Below, piece after piece: positions 1 through 13,160 of a DNA stretch of 64,000 nt. Source of the stretch: Octopus sinensis (Eukaryota); assembly GCF_006345805.1 (NCBI RefSeq), contig NC_042998.1, positions 119,970,001 through 120,034,000 on the forward strand, given 5' to 3'. Position numbers and translations under genes: made by a program. Below the pieces are notes generated by a model. That model was given only the letters and a program-made list of their open reading frames with translations, had not been told where the DNA came from and searched no databases. Position 1 is the first letter of the stretch; each line of letters starts with the position of its first letter.

Positions 1-713
1 GCATTCTTCACCTGGGAAAGTTTTGACATTTATAAGTAGCCATCTTTCCTGTTTACTGGTGAGAATGTTGTCAATCTAACTAGTGTACCCACCAGACTGG
101 TAGGTGAACAGGTGACTGGCAGGTTTCCTCAAGTCAGTATTACAGATCAGAAGATCATTTGCATGCCTGGTTCCCTCACTGCAGGAACCAAATCTGTTAC
201 CACCATGTACGCCATGGAAGCTCCCTAGATGTTGTCCAACATGCCTGTTGAAGTTGCCAGCCACAAAGAGAAGGTCCCTGTCATTTGTCGATAAGGTGGT
301 CTGCAAGATGGTGTCATAAAACCAATCTTTCTGTTCATTAAATAGCCCTGGCTGAGGGGCATAAGCCAAGATAATGGTTGCTAATCCATGTTGCAATACT
401 AGTCTAAGCTTAAGTATTCTATTACAGACTTTGACTACCTTGATTACCTTAACCCATTTCTCCACAGAGACTATACCCATGCCCTTAACCCCATCAGTGT
501 TCCCTACCCTAAAGATCTTATACCTATGTTCTTTGCCTGTGAGGAACCTAGAAGGACTTTCTCTCTACCTTAGTTCTTGGATGCAGCACATATCTACATG
601 TCTGCTTGATCATGAGCATGTTGTAACCGAACTAGTACTACTACTAATAATACTTTCTACCAGACCTACCTTTCAATGTGCCAACTCTGAGGGTGTGAAA
701 GGTGTGGACTGAC
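1..713 (-). mobile_element. RTE-clade LINE fragment, APE endonuclease region (decayed)
   Basis: Minus-strand translation gives TLRVGTLKGR, DMCCIQE and AYAPQPG...LFVAGNFNRHVG...H.FTYQSG (ORF 76..480), typical of RTE endonucleases. It has stops and frameshifts and runs off the window edge. Confidence 0.85.
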
Positions 714-859
714 TATATATATATATATAGTTGAAATTTATAGACAAACAAGACAAAGACAGGTATATTAGTTTGACACTCGGGGGGAAATGAAAAAAGT
801 CTTTTATATTTCAAGTCGAAGCTTTTCAACAGAAAAGAATCAGAGAAAATGGAAAAAAA

Positions 860-1050
860 CTTGTGTTTGTCCCTGACACTGATTAATGACTGGTGTTCAT
901 TTATTTCTACCCTCATGACTTACCAATTCAGCAAAACAGACCAACAGAATAAGTACAAAGCTTTAATAAACAAGTACTGCTTGACTAAACTCTTCAAGAT
1001 AATGCCCCACCATGACCACAGTTCAATGACTGAAACAAGTAAAAGATAAA
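860..1050 (+). mobile_element. 3' part of tRNA-derived SINE (family B)
   Basis: Matches the reverse complement of copies at 12550-12895 and 53995-54400; ends GACTGAAACAAGTAAAAGATAA. Confidence 0.75.
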
Positions 1051-1084
1051 CTATAAAGTAGCTCTACATACCCTTGAAAAGATA

Positions 1085-1365
1085 GGATGGTCATGGTGGG
1101 ATCTATGGATCCCTTTGATTACTATACTATTCTGGTGGATCCACATAGCTATTTGATGTTTAGAAACTGGTTTATAGATATTTCTTTCAAAATTCCTATT
1201 TTGTTTTCCATACATTAACATGTATGGGTTGAACAACTCATGTATAAAATTTTAGAAAAAGAAACTTAGCTGTTTCTTGCAATAAATACATCTAAATCAG
1301 AATTTTCTATGGACCCTTAAAATACTGTGGATCCCCAAGGGTCATATGGACCCTGGTTGAGAACC
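1085..1365. mobile_element. hAT/Charlie-type MITE, degenerate copy
   Basis: Shares internal sequence with 11624-11978 and 43903-44155; right end is GGTTGAGAACC. Left end not resolved. Confidence 0.6.
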
Positions 1366-1855
1366 TCAAAGGTCCAATGATTCCAATAATCAGTGTTGAG
1401 CTAAGCCACAAACAATACACCATCATATTTCACAATGCTGCATCATACATGCCATGGTCTACTACACTGTGTAACTCTAGCAGCCAAATCTCTCTTGAAA
1501 TGCTACCCTCTTATATAAGGAAAGGACTCATAAGATAATACAGTTCTAGATATCCATAAAAAGACAGGTTGTTTACAGTTAGAATGCTTTTGGTCATAGG
1601 TCTGTTCAGAACAATCCTGGGGCTAAACAACCAACACAACATCATGGTTATACCACTGTATTCTACATTGTAGTCCACCACACTATACCATACAAGGTAC
1701 AGACTTTTTGCTTCCACTGTATATATCCTAGGAATTATCAGGAATATCAATTATCAGCTTTAATTATCCTTTGCACAAAAATTCTTGGCAATTCTCCCTA
1801 CAACACAAGTTGCTCTCATTCTTTTAACAAATCTAAATTAATTATTATTATTATT

Positions 1856-2080
1856 ATCAGGGTGGTGAGTTGGCAGGATGTTAGAGCATCAGAAGAAATG
1901 CTTTGCAGTATTTTTTTTCTGGTCCTTTAGCTTTTGAGGTCAAATCCCACCAAGGTTGCCTTTGCCTTTCATCCTTCTGTGATCAATAACAAAATATACC
2001 AGTCAAGTATTAGGGTCAACGGTTTCAACGTATATGTCCCTCCTAAAAATTGCTGACCTTGTGCCTAAATCAGAAATCAT
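1856..2080 (+). mobile_element. tRNA-derived SINE (family A)
   Basis: Same GAGTTCAAAT..TTTGCCTTTCATCC..AAGTACCAG..GGCCTTGTGCC pattern as the 20-22.4 kb cluster, flanked by ATT repeats. Confidence 0.75.
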
Positions 2081-4400
2081 TATATTAGAATGAATTGTTT
2101 TGGTAAAACAAAAGTAGCCAAGAGTAAATACTTCAAAGGATACTAGTGTATAATGTAGTACAGTTTAATATGTTTATTTACTAACAATGTACGCACTTGC
2201 GGTGTTAATAAAATATAGATAAATGATATATATCTGAGGGGAACACGGTTCACTTCTTCATAGCCACCTACTGGCAACTTTTTTCTGTCTTCTAGGGGAT
2301 ATTTACACAGTTTAAGCAGTTTCTACAGCTATCCCATGTTTGAAATTCACTTTATTTTCAGTAGCATCATCATGATCATCATTGTTTTAAGTGAAGCTCA
2401 CAATGGATGAAATTTGCTGAGGCAGACTTTTTACAGCCAGATGCCCTTCCAGTTGCCAGCCTCACTTGTTTCCAAGTAAGGTAATACTTTTCCATGACCA
2501 GACACATCTTAAAAAGATTGGAAACAAAGGTTACCGTTTGCACGACAGGAATGCTTGCTTACAATTATCCCATAACGTTAAGGCAAGGCGATAGTAACGC
2601 ACAAACAATGCATTCATCTATACCTACAGTTTTGAAAAGGAAACTGAATAATGTGGATAATTCTGGATATATAAAGCTAGAAAGAAAAACAGGATGATCA
2701 TAGCCAAAATGTCTTTCATCACAGGACCAGCTTGAGGTTAAATAACAATTGACACACACACACACACACACAATCATACATAACATGCCAATGTGTTGTT
2801 AGAATCTTTTGTCTCCTCCCTCTCTATCTCAGAAAACACCATAACATGCCTTGCTCATGTGAATGACACACGACTAATACAACTCAAAGTCACAATCTTA
2901 TGATCTCTCACAGCAACCTCACATATATTAAACATTGCAGAATACATAACATAACAACTAGATTTCCTCTTTAAGGCCAGAAAAGATTTTATCCCTGATC
3001 ATTTGCTGACCCTCAAACTACTGCTCACATATCTGAAATGGTAAAGCTATTACACATATACACACAAATACAAAAACAATATCCAATTGATTGGCCAAGA
3101 CATGCAGTGTCCTTTCTCTGCCAATATAGTCTTGAGAAAAAAAATGAGGAAGAGTGAGAGAGAGAGAAATTTAAGGAATCAATATTGACATCACATTTAT
3201 CTAGAACATTATGTAGAGGAACAAACGAATAAATGATGTTAATGTGGTGTCATCATGTAGTCTGATAATATAGAATTATGTATTAGAAGAAAAAATCAGA
3301 GGAAATTCATGCAATTAATACAATTCTTGGTCAGAACAGCAATTTGTTGTGGTACCAAAGTGGTTAACGTTCTGGGATATCAGCTGCCATTTAGATTTAA
3401 CCCCATGCCTGATCTAGCAGCCCTATGGTCAAATGCATCCCAGTCATAAGAAGCTTGTCTTTTTTCAGATTATATTATTCAGTGTATCCTTCCTTGCTTG
3501 AAACAGTTAAGTATTACTGGTGTAATTAGCCTATCACATACTACTACAGTGAGGTAGAATGTACACAATTAGAAAAAGGGAAGGAAATGTTTCTGTTGTT
3601 TAGCTTCACATAAACCCTGACTAAGTAGACTTATGATCCAAGGTGTTCCAGTCATGATCAATCCAGCTTTTTGTATATCTAGATCTACATTAACCAACGT
3701 TTTTTTTTTTCCTAAGATGTTATGGTGTAAACTTGGCTGCTTTTTCTAGCAGGTCAAGCAACCACATAATGGTTCCTTTACTTGCTTGAATATCAGAGTA
3801 AATTCACCTAAGAAGATAAGCAACTAGTAAGTTGGCTCTGTCTCTGGTTGAAGCAATTGCTGATACTTCCAGTAAAAGTATGAACGTCACAATTGATATT
3901 TACCATCTCCACAAATAAAATCTTGCACTTACTGCCTACCTGGGAAGGGCGGCAGGAGATTGCCTGCAGTGCAACCTCCCCACCCATGATAACCTACAGC
4001 AGTGTCATAGTGTGTTATATCTGGGGTAACATATGTTTGTATTCTAAAAGTGGAAGCAAGAGCAGAGAGCAATAAAACCTCTTACATCACGAGCCAACAG
4101 TCTACTAGATGAATCAACCTTTTAGATATGGCAGCTAAATTCCCTTAAACAATATCTCACTACCTTAAGAAAAAGGAAAGAAACATTGGATAATGTAGTC
4201 TGAGAAACATTGTCTATAAAGATGGAATGCTTTCAACATAGGATTAGTACATGAGAGATAACTTGGAACTAAATAATAACCTCTAACATTAGCTACATAA
4301 TAAGACAACCAGCAGCTCAATCAAAGGGCAAATGATCAGGTTCATAATGTTGGTCTAACCAAGTTTTAAGAAGTTTTTTTCGTGCAAAAGCCTTTGTTAA

Positions 4401-4626
4401 CCCTTTAGTGTTCAGATTATTTTATCAAACGTAATTTATATTTATTCAAATTGTTTTGAATTTGAATTAGGATAATCATGCATTATCTCGTAGATTCAAG
4501 ATTTCGATGATGTGATTGTTTTAGAATAACATTATAGGGTAAGTGTGAAAGGCTGGATCTGATTAGTTTGAATATAAAACAGGTAGAATATTTGGGCTGG
4601 ATTTGGCTGGTTTAAATGCTAAAGGG
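4401..4626. mobile_element. piggyBac-type MITE
   Basis: TTAA|CCCTTTAG ... CTAAAGGG|TTAA, with TTAA TSD at 4397-4400 and 4627-4630. Second copy at 31447-31653. Confidence 0.85.
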
Positions 4627-5349
4627 TTAAAGGGCAAAAAGTATAACAATTAGATAAACCACAAGACAAGTAACTTTTATAAAAAAATTGGAATGAAAAA
4701 AATTCAACAGTTACATTAACTTGTAGATTTTTGGCTGCAGGTCAATCCCAACTGAAAAATTCATGATAATAGGAATTCAAGTCATGTCCATTTATCTAGG
4801 ATTTCATTACCCAATGTGTAATTTCTTTTGTAAAGCAGTGAGATTTAAAAGAGATTTGTATGCTATTTTCTAACAAATTAAAAATTCACATGAAGGCTCC
4901 CCCTATTGACTCAAAGGATGTAAGTTATGGTTTGATAGGAAGCGGAGACTGACTTTAGAACAGCATCTAGAAAATACGTAACATTAGTATCTAATTTACC
5001 TCATACCATAATTTTTAATTCTAATACAATTTTTGCTAACACAGATTATCCACTCACAGATATATTCCAGCCTCTGGCCCACAAGTATGCAGTTTCCTCT
5101 TTTTCTCTTATCTACTTATAGCATAATGACCCTAGAACTAGCAACGCTCAAGTCACTCTCACCCAAACATTCCTGACCAATTTTGCTCTCCTTATCACCT
5201 TTGTTGTGTCCAACTTCCTAAGCACTGCATTAACCACTATGTCCAGTCCTTTCTACTCAGAATGTCAACCCTTTGGAACCAAACACTGAATGATGAGTTA
5301 TCATTTTACATCCACTTTTCCTATGATATGAACAGAACAAGATTCATTG

Positions 5350-5720
5350 AGACAGGTTTCCTAATCATTAGGCCTTGAGTTCATTCCCACTGCATGGCAC
5401 CTTGAGCAAGTATCTTTTGTTCTAACCCTCAGTTGACCAAAGCCCTGTGGAAGGATTTGGTAGGTGGAAACTGGAAGGAGCCTGTTTGTATGTGTGTGTG
5501 TGTGTGTGTGCGCGCACATGCACTTTTACCTTAACATCACATGATAGTTGTAAGCACAAGTATTAATGTCATACAAGTGAGGTCGATTATTTCCCATTTT
5601 TAGTGAAAAACATGTCTAGTCATGGGGAAACAGGTGATGGCAGGTAACAGGAAGGGCATCTGACTAGAAAATTCTCTCAACAAATTTTGAGTGACCCATG
5701 CAAACATGAAAAGTGGATGT
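5350..5720 (+). mobile_element. tRNA-derived CORE-like SINE (family B) with internal (GT)n and RTE-like tail
   Basis: Head ..GAGTTCATTCCCACTGCATGGCACCTTGAGCAAGTATCTT.., then GGATTTGGTAGGTGGAAACTG, (GT)n and AGGAAGGGCATC. Confidence 0.7.
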
Positions 5721-7211
5721 TAAATTATGATGACGGCACCAACTCATTTTTCAAATAAGGTTTTTTTTATTCGACTGGTCTTCCCATGTTGAAACTAGCA
5801 AGCTGCAGGACATTATTTACAAGAGATGCAAAGGTCACCATTTGTGTTCAAATAGTGAACATGTGAAGACATGCAGAGACAAGTACACACACACACACAC
5901 ACAGAGTGAGCTTCTATACAATTTGGATCTGCAAAATTTCATAAGATATTGTTCAATCTGCAACTATAGTGGAAGACACTACTAATCCAAGGTACGACAG
6001 TGGTACTGAACCCAAAATAGTTGGTCTTAATCATAAAGCAAATTTCTTAGTCACACAGCTATGTTATTTGAATACATCAGTGAAACTGGACACTCAGAAT
6101 GACCAAATTTATAAAACTGTATTAAGAGAACTGTTGTCATTTCCTGCAGTAATTTAGTTTCTAAAATATGCTAATTATCAAACCTATTCATGTATTTTAT
6201 TATACACCTACTTAGTGGTTTTCACAAGACTACTTCATCAAGAAGGATGAAACCTAATAGATTTTTAATGCTCCTGGCATTATATGTTAACAGACTTTTA
6301 TTTGAAAAATTAACAGAGACAAATATTTACTACGGAAAAGTTATAAATAACAGAATATCATGAAGTTATTAGTAAACAGAGAGAGAGAGAGAGAGAGAAA
6401 GAGAGGGAGAGAGATGGGTAGAAACTGGAATTTATCATCACTGTTACTATCTTAACACTAACTTTTCTTTTCTTTTAATGAGAGATCAGAAATGCACCCT
6501 TTTTTTTTTTCAGTTTCTCACTCTGAAACTTCAAAATATTCTTGGGTCTGGCCTTTACAATTCTTCCCAAATCTAATTATCTTTTCCATTTTGAAAATAA
6601 TACACCATTAGAATATATAACAACATGTATTAATAAGAATACTGTGTTCTTGTCAAAACATATAGACATTAAATGAAGAATTCTGAGAGTACCACAATCA
6701 GTTTATAGTTTGGACAGTGCTGCAAAATATCATCCAAACCAATATTATCAGGAAGAAATAGATATAAGATACTAAAAGTAACCAAATTAGTTCCAGTTGT
6801 AAAGTAAACAGATGTCTGGTATATGAAAATATCTCAGGTGTAAGATATCAATTAATGAGATAAGGTGTCAGAAAAAATATATATATCAAACACCTGACTT
6901 GATAACCAAGTAGAAAAACTTAGAAACTTCATTTAATGCTTGTTCCTATTGGGTTATTTCTCATAGATAAAATCTAGTCTGTTGGGTTGTTTCTGACATA
7001 CAAAGCTAACCTATTGGGAAATCAAATTTTTCAAGGTGTAGACTTAAACACAAAATGTTGTGATCTGCATAGACCATGACCAAAATATTTGAAGTATAGG
7101 CAACAATCCAACCCACAGAGCCACATCTTCATTAGAGGCGGAAAAGCTGAATATGATATATAATCAAAAGACTAAAAAGTCATATCAGGAAGAATGAAAG
7201 AGCCTCAATGA

Positions 7212-7259
7212 CTATTTCTTTCTGCTCTTCCTCATTGCCAACACTTCATTATTCAATGA
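7212..7259 (-). CDS. Candidate terminal coding exon SLNNEVLAMRKSRKK* of an unidentified gene
   Basis: Strong acceptor (cttgtttctcttcctccattttcAG). Only phase 0 is open for more than a few codons. AATAAA on the minus strand near 6300. No homology recognised. Confidence 0.3.
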   Translation of the reverse strand, partial: SLNNEVLAMRKSRKK

Positions 7260-9766
7260 CTGAAAATGGAGGAAGAGAAACAAGGCACATACAGGCATGT
7301 GCAGTTACAACAGAACCTAATGAACAATATGTATAATGTGTGTGTAATTAACAATTAATACTAACGAATACACAAACTAAACAGCAGCTGTTAACCAACA
7401 ACAACAGTGTTTTCCTCCTTCCATCAACTCAGGATCATTAGGAAAATTATCTGCAACAGCAATTTTCTACTGATTGACTCAGCACCGGCTGGGTATAATT
7501 ATTTCAGAAGACAGGTGTAATTAGATCAGAACCTGCAATATCACAAGTTCTAGTCACATAGCTCTTCCTTTGTTTTGACATAGATACATACATACATACA
7601 TGTGTGTGTGTGTGTGTGCATGTGTATATATATATATATATATCTGACATTAACAGCTTCTGACAACAGATCTGAAATTTTGAAGTGTTTCTCTGTAGTT
7701 CCTGTTTGTGTGAGTGTGTGTGTGTGTGTGTGGGAGGGGGGTGCAAGTACATTTGGATGTATAAATGGAAGTAGTGGATATATCTCGCAAAGTTTATTCA
7801 CACAAAGCTAATGATTCACTTTATTGTTACTCTGCGCTTCCTGTGTCTATGTGTAAAAAGAAAACAAGAATTCTTTAAATTAAAATATATATTTATTTAT
7901 ATATATATATATATAAACACACACATTCTCACTTAATGTGGGATGGGTGTCTTGGATGTTGTAATTTTATTTTGATTTATTTATTTATTCTTTCTATAGA
8001 ATGAGAAGAAATCCTTGTTCTAAACAGTTGATTTTCTCAGTCTTTAATATAATAAATCAATAATTATATGAGGAGAATAATAGAAACAATTCAGCATAGA
8101 TTTCCTTTCATCCCTATTGATTAGACTGGCCTAAATTTAGAAGCAATATTAACTTTAACCAGTTCTCTTCATAGAATATCAATGAAAATATGAGAGAGAG
8201 AGAGAGAGACTAAGTAACTTTACAGTCACTTGTTTGACAGTTTGAAGCTATGTTATTGTTTTGCACCAAATCAGTCCAGATCAAAGGCATTCCTGTCATG
8301 ACCATCCTGTTTTATTTTTAGACATTACATATTTAAGAATATTTTACCCAACCTGCCATTCCTCTATTAGGACTGTAAGGTATGATTTGAACAATAATTG
8401 CCTGCCAGCAGAGTGAATGACTTTTGATGGTTTGAAGTGAAATTACTCACACAAAGCTGGGCCTCTGAATTATAGTTGAGAGAGAGAGAGAGGGGGGGGA
8501 GAACTTGACCCCAAGTATGGTACCATTTATCACAGGTGTATGCTTTTATTCCATGTTTATCAATCAGCTGACATTGTTTCTCTGAGACATTTTAACACTT
8601 CCATGTTAGAAGAATTGTTCTTTTACAGCTAGATTCCATTCCTACAAATAACCACTTAATTTTTATGTCAAGTCAATGCAAAAGCCTATGTATAATAGCT
8701 AAACCTGCAAGAAATAACTATCAAGTCTCCTTCAAATCATAATCTATTGTCTAAAAAGAAGTGTATTTCATCCAAGATACATTATGTCTGAATAAAGACA
8801 GGATGGCCATAGCTACAATGCTTTTGATCATAAGCCTCTGCTTGATTAGGGCTGGATAGGCTGATAACATTTGTATTCTGACTGAAATCTTGTTTCATTA
8901 CAAAATGGATAATACAAGGTTTCTATAGTTTAAAATCCCACCGTTCTTTTATGTAGGAACCATTTATTAAACACTATCTTCAACCAGATAGCCTCTGGTT
9001 TCTTAACCGAGTAGAAATATCAACATACTATACTGTCTCAAAAAACAAAGGTAATGCTGTTCTACATACACAGTCTGCAAATTTAATTAGCACAATGTAC
9101 CCTTATTAAAATTACAACCAGGTAAGGGTTCTTTTTGTTTAGTCCTAAATCCACCCTGTAACTAAGAGAGAGAGAAAGAAAGAGGACACAGCACATCAGG
9201 GTTGTTGAGACAGTAGTATAGCAGCAAACAAACATTAGCTAATCTGTCCCCTATATCTCTTAGTCTGGAGCATACTTATACTTTGTAGAGGAAGGAAACA
9301 AAATATTTTTACTATTCTGTTGGATATCAAACAACTGCAACTACTAAATGATGTAACTCCATTTGCCTAAGTTTTGATAGTTGACCTGCAGGTTACCAGA
9401 AAATTTCTCAAAGATACCTTTCTGCATGAAGAACATATATCTAAGTGTAGGCTACTATATTTAAAACGGGGAACTGAAAATAATAGTTAAGTGAAACTAT
9501 AATTGGAATGAAAAGTCATTAGCATTAATGAAAATTATTCTGAAAAGGGACAAGAGAGAGAACTCATGAAATGTCAGCTGACTGAAAATTAAAAAATGTG
9601 TGAAAGGGAGGAGAGAAAGAATATGTCTAATTTTTGGATTGTATAGTAACAACTGAGGACATGTTGCAGTTTTGTTAGAGTTTCTTAGCAGAGCATAGTC
9701 AACACATCACCAGTAATATCTACTTAATGGGTGTAGAAATTAATAATAAGGACATGGCAGCCATAC

Positions 9767-9817
9767 AACTGTCAAAAACAACATAAACAAATGCCCAACA
9801 AACCATACTAACCATGG
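9767..9817 (-). CDS. Candidate 51-nt internal exon PWLVWFVGHLFMLFLTV
   Basis: Acceptor ttttttttatacAG, donor GTATGG, phase 0-0, compatible with 7259-7212. Could be chance in T-rich DNA. Confidence 0.25.
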
Positions 9818-10552
9818 CTGTATAAAAAAAAAATCTAATACAACAAAAAATATATAAGATGAAGGAAGTGAGACAAAGAAAAAGAGCAAGAAAAAGGGAG
9901 AGAAATGAATCTATAGTGACACTGTATGTCATGTCCAATTTCAGAAAAACTAACTTATGCTGTTTTCTAGCTAAGGTAAATGTCCAACACATGACACACT
10001 TCAAGAGATGGAAGTATTTTAATACTAAGAGAAAATGAGAGTATGCTAAGAACAAACACACAATGTTCAATAGAATTTACTAAGACACCCATCCACATGT
10101 CTTATATATATATTACATATATATGTGGCTTTTGGAATAAACAGTTTGTTACTATTTCCAGCAAAGTTCAGTAAGCAACAGTGTTATTACTGTACAATTA
10201 CAACACACACATTTCCTGAATGATGCATAACAGTATACACACAGATACATTACACTCCCTACATAATGCACAATACTACATCCACATATTTAATACAGTA
10301 CACTATGTAACACATTATATACATATGCATTATATATACATGCACACACACAGAATGCGAGAGTAAAATGTATAAGTATATATGTATATACACAAACACA
10401 CACGTTACATACCCATACATGTGTGTATACAAGCATATATACACATAAGGGTACACACAGACACTAATATAAGAAAATTTTTCTAGCTTGCTCTAAAACA
10501 ATTTTGAGGTTATATAACTCAACAGAAATGCGAGCCTAACAACACACACACA

Positions 10553-12190
10553 CACTACTGTGTAAAAGTCTTAGACAGATGTTATTTAGGTATTTTTAAC
10601 CAACTTTGAGCATGAACTGTAATATAAATACCATACAATGTACTGACTTCATATAAGATATAAGATATAATATTGTTGTTATAGATATATAATGTTACTG
10701 GTTGTAGGACCAGGAAGCTCATCTGTAGAGTTGTAATTCTATAAAACAAGTCCAAGGTTCAAATTGAACAGTGTCCCATTTCCTATACTGGTGAAACCAA
10801 GATACACAGGTAAAGTGTGAAGATGTCTAAGGTTCAATTGAAACCAAGCTTAAGGTATCTTTTATCAAAAACAAGGAATGTCTCAATCTGAAATGTCAAA
10901 AACTAGATTTGGGATTTAAAGATGTTCTATCATGGAATTCAAAATAAGAAGAGGAACATGGGGATTTGAAGACAAGACATGGAAGATCATTAAAACTATT
11001 CAAAATAAATGTTAAGTATCTAAAGCATACATTACTAGCAGATAGAAGCAAATCTAGTCATTTGTCCTCAGCGACAGCCCAAATCTGCAAACCAGAAGTT
11101 TGTCCTTCAACCATTAAAAGAGCACTAAAGTAAAATGATCGTCAATGGCCATATGGCTAAAAAAGAAACAGAACTCATGAAAAGAGAATAAGTAAAAAGG
11201 CTTACATATGTAACAACACACAAAGGATACTGATCAACAGAAAAATATGCTAAACAGTGAGTATTCTAAATTTGAGATTTTTCTTTTCAAAAAGAAGGCA
11301 ATATGTAAGACAAAGAGTGGGAGAAAGAGCTGAAATATGTTTAAAACCTACAACGAAATAATACACCAGTAATGCCTCCATTCATTTGTCAGTCAATAGT
11401 TGGGTTTGGTAAAAACTGATGGAATAATGAATGCTAAAAAATATCACCAGATAATAATCCCTCATACAAAGCCATCTTGGATATGGTAGCTAATTGAGAG
11501 TATGAGAATGACCCTTGACACATTTCTATAAAAGGAAATAATCTGGAAAGGTCCAACTGTTGATAGGGCTCTATCAAAGCCTTAACCTGAATGTTACTGA
11601 AAACTTTGCAGGATTACTTAGACCAGGGGTTTTCAACCATCTTTTTGCCTTTGATTACCATTTTCTTCTGGTGGACTTTCATTGGAAAACTAATTTCATA
11701 GATGCTTCTTATAAAATTCTATTTTGTTTTTCACCCATTCACTTGTGTAGGTTTGCAACTGAAATCTCTGAACAAACATTTCAGTAGCTGGAAACATGTT
11801 AAACTATGTAAAACATGAGAGAAAGAAACCTAGTTGTTTCTTGCAAAAAATACATCTAAAGCAATTTTTTTTCCATGGACCCCTAAAATACAACTGTAGA
11901 TCTCCAATTAACTATTTTGCTTGCTTGAACCTCCTCAAAATCTTATCATGACCTTCAGGGACCATATGAGAACCAAAGACTTAGACCAAAGAAAAGTTGA
12001 AAAGAAGCCGACATTCAAAGGAGAGCTAAGGAAAGTCTTTTCGGGAGGATTGGGATATATTCCACCAGACTATATTGCCAAACTACGGCTTAGCATTCCG
12101 CAGTGCGTTGAAGCTGCTTTATCAGTGAAAGGCAGCAGTAATAATTATAAGCAATAAAATTAATTTAGAAACAGATACAACTTTTCAAAT
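10553..12190 (+). mobile_element. Decayed near-full-length Tc1-family transposon (transposase ~10823-12157), interrupted by a hAT MITE
   Basis: TIR-like CACTACTGTGTAAAAGTCTTAGAC at 10553. Broken frames read SIETKLKV, DRSKSS..CPSTIKRAL, VKRLTY, SKFEIF..KRRQYVRQRVGER, DGIMNAKKYHQI, QSLNLNVTENF (SPDLN-like) and IPPDYIAKL..VEAALSVKG. 3' TIR not found. Confidence 0.85.
11624..11978. mobile_element. hAT/Charlie-type MITE with perfect 8-bp TSD
   Basis: Starts CAGGGGTTTTCAACC, ends GAGAACCAAAG. TSD ACTTAGAC at 11616-11623 and 11979-11986. Confidence 0.85.
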
Positions 12191-12194
12191 CATA

Positions 12195-12520
12195 AGCATT
12201 ATCATTTAACGTCTGTTGTCCAAGCTGGCATGAGTTGGATGGTTTGACCAGGGTTGGCAAGCTGGAAGGCTGCACCAGACTCCAGTCTGATTTGGCATGG
12301 TTTCTACAGCTGGATGCTCTTCCTAACACTAACTACTCCGAGAGTGTAATGGGTGCTTTTATGTGCCACCGGCATGGGTGCCATTTGCGTGACACCAGTA
12401 TCTGCCGTGACTGCAGTTTTGCACAGCTTGATGGGTCTTCTCAAGCACAACATAATGCCAAAGGTCTTGGTCATTGCCTCTGTGAGGCCAAACACTTGAA
12501 AGGAGCTCAACCATGTACGC
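12195..12520 (-). mobile_element. RTE LINE 3' tail fragment
   Basis: Reverse complement of the 3' end of the LINE at 25710-27527. Confidence 0.8.
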
Positions 12521-12549
12521 CTAAAATTATGTAATCTATGTAAATCCTT

Positions 12550-13160
12550 TATCTTTTATTTGTTTCAGTCATTAGAGTGTGGTCATGCTGGGGCACTGCC
12601 TTGAGAATTTTTAGTGGAATGAATCAACCCCAGTACTTATCTTTTTTTTTAAAGCCTAGTACTTATTCTATCAATCTCTTATGGAACTGCTAAGTTATGA
12701 GAATGTAAACACACTGACACTTGTCAAGTGGTGGTAGAAGACAAACACAAAAACACACCTCTATCAAATCCACTCACAAGGATTGGGTAAGCCTTAGGTT
12801 ATAGAAGACACTCGCCCAAAGTGCCACACAGTGGGACTGAACCAGGAACCATGTGGTTGAGAAGCAAGCTTCATACCACACAGCTACACCTATGCTTATT
12901 ATCCTTTACGTATCAGTCTCTTTTGCTGACCTGCCATGTTACAGGAACATAAACACACCAACACTGGTTGTCAAGTAATGGTAGGAGGACAAACACACAC
13001 ACATGACAGGCTTCTTTCAGTTTCCGTCTACCAAATCTACTCACAAGGCTTTGGTCGGCCCAAGGCTATAGTAGAAGTCACATGCCCAAGGTGCAACACA
13101 GTGGTACTGAATCCGGAACTATGTGGTTGAGAAGCAAGCTTCATACTACACAGACACTCC
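12550..13160 (-). mobile_element. Two adjacent family-B SINEs
   Basis: Both end (plus strand) in GGAACCATGTGGTTGAGAAGCAAGCTTCATAC.ACACAG, the reverse of a tRNA-like head. Confidence 0.8.

Noticed and set aside
6899-6950. TTGATAA..AAGT-AGAAAA-ACTT..GAAAC, a hammerhead-like string
   Set aside because: Stem II register is off, stem I does not pair, and it is a single copy.
7212-9817. Resemblance of candidate peptides to TSPO, PIGF or TMEM18
   Set aside because: Only 3-4 residue coincidences and the diagnostic motifs are absent, so no gene symbol was assigned.
11206-11542. Minus-strand exon candidates 11542/11525-11468 and 11265/11249-11206 with good splice signals and compatible phase
   Set aside because: They lie antisense inside the decayed Tc1 transposase, so the apparent exons are best explained as chance.
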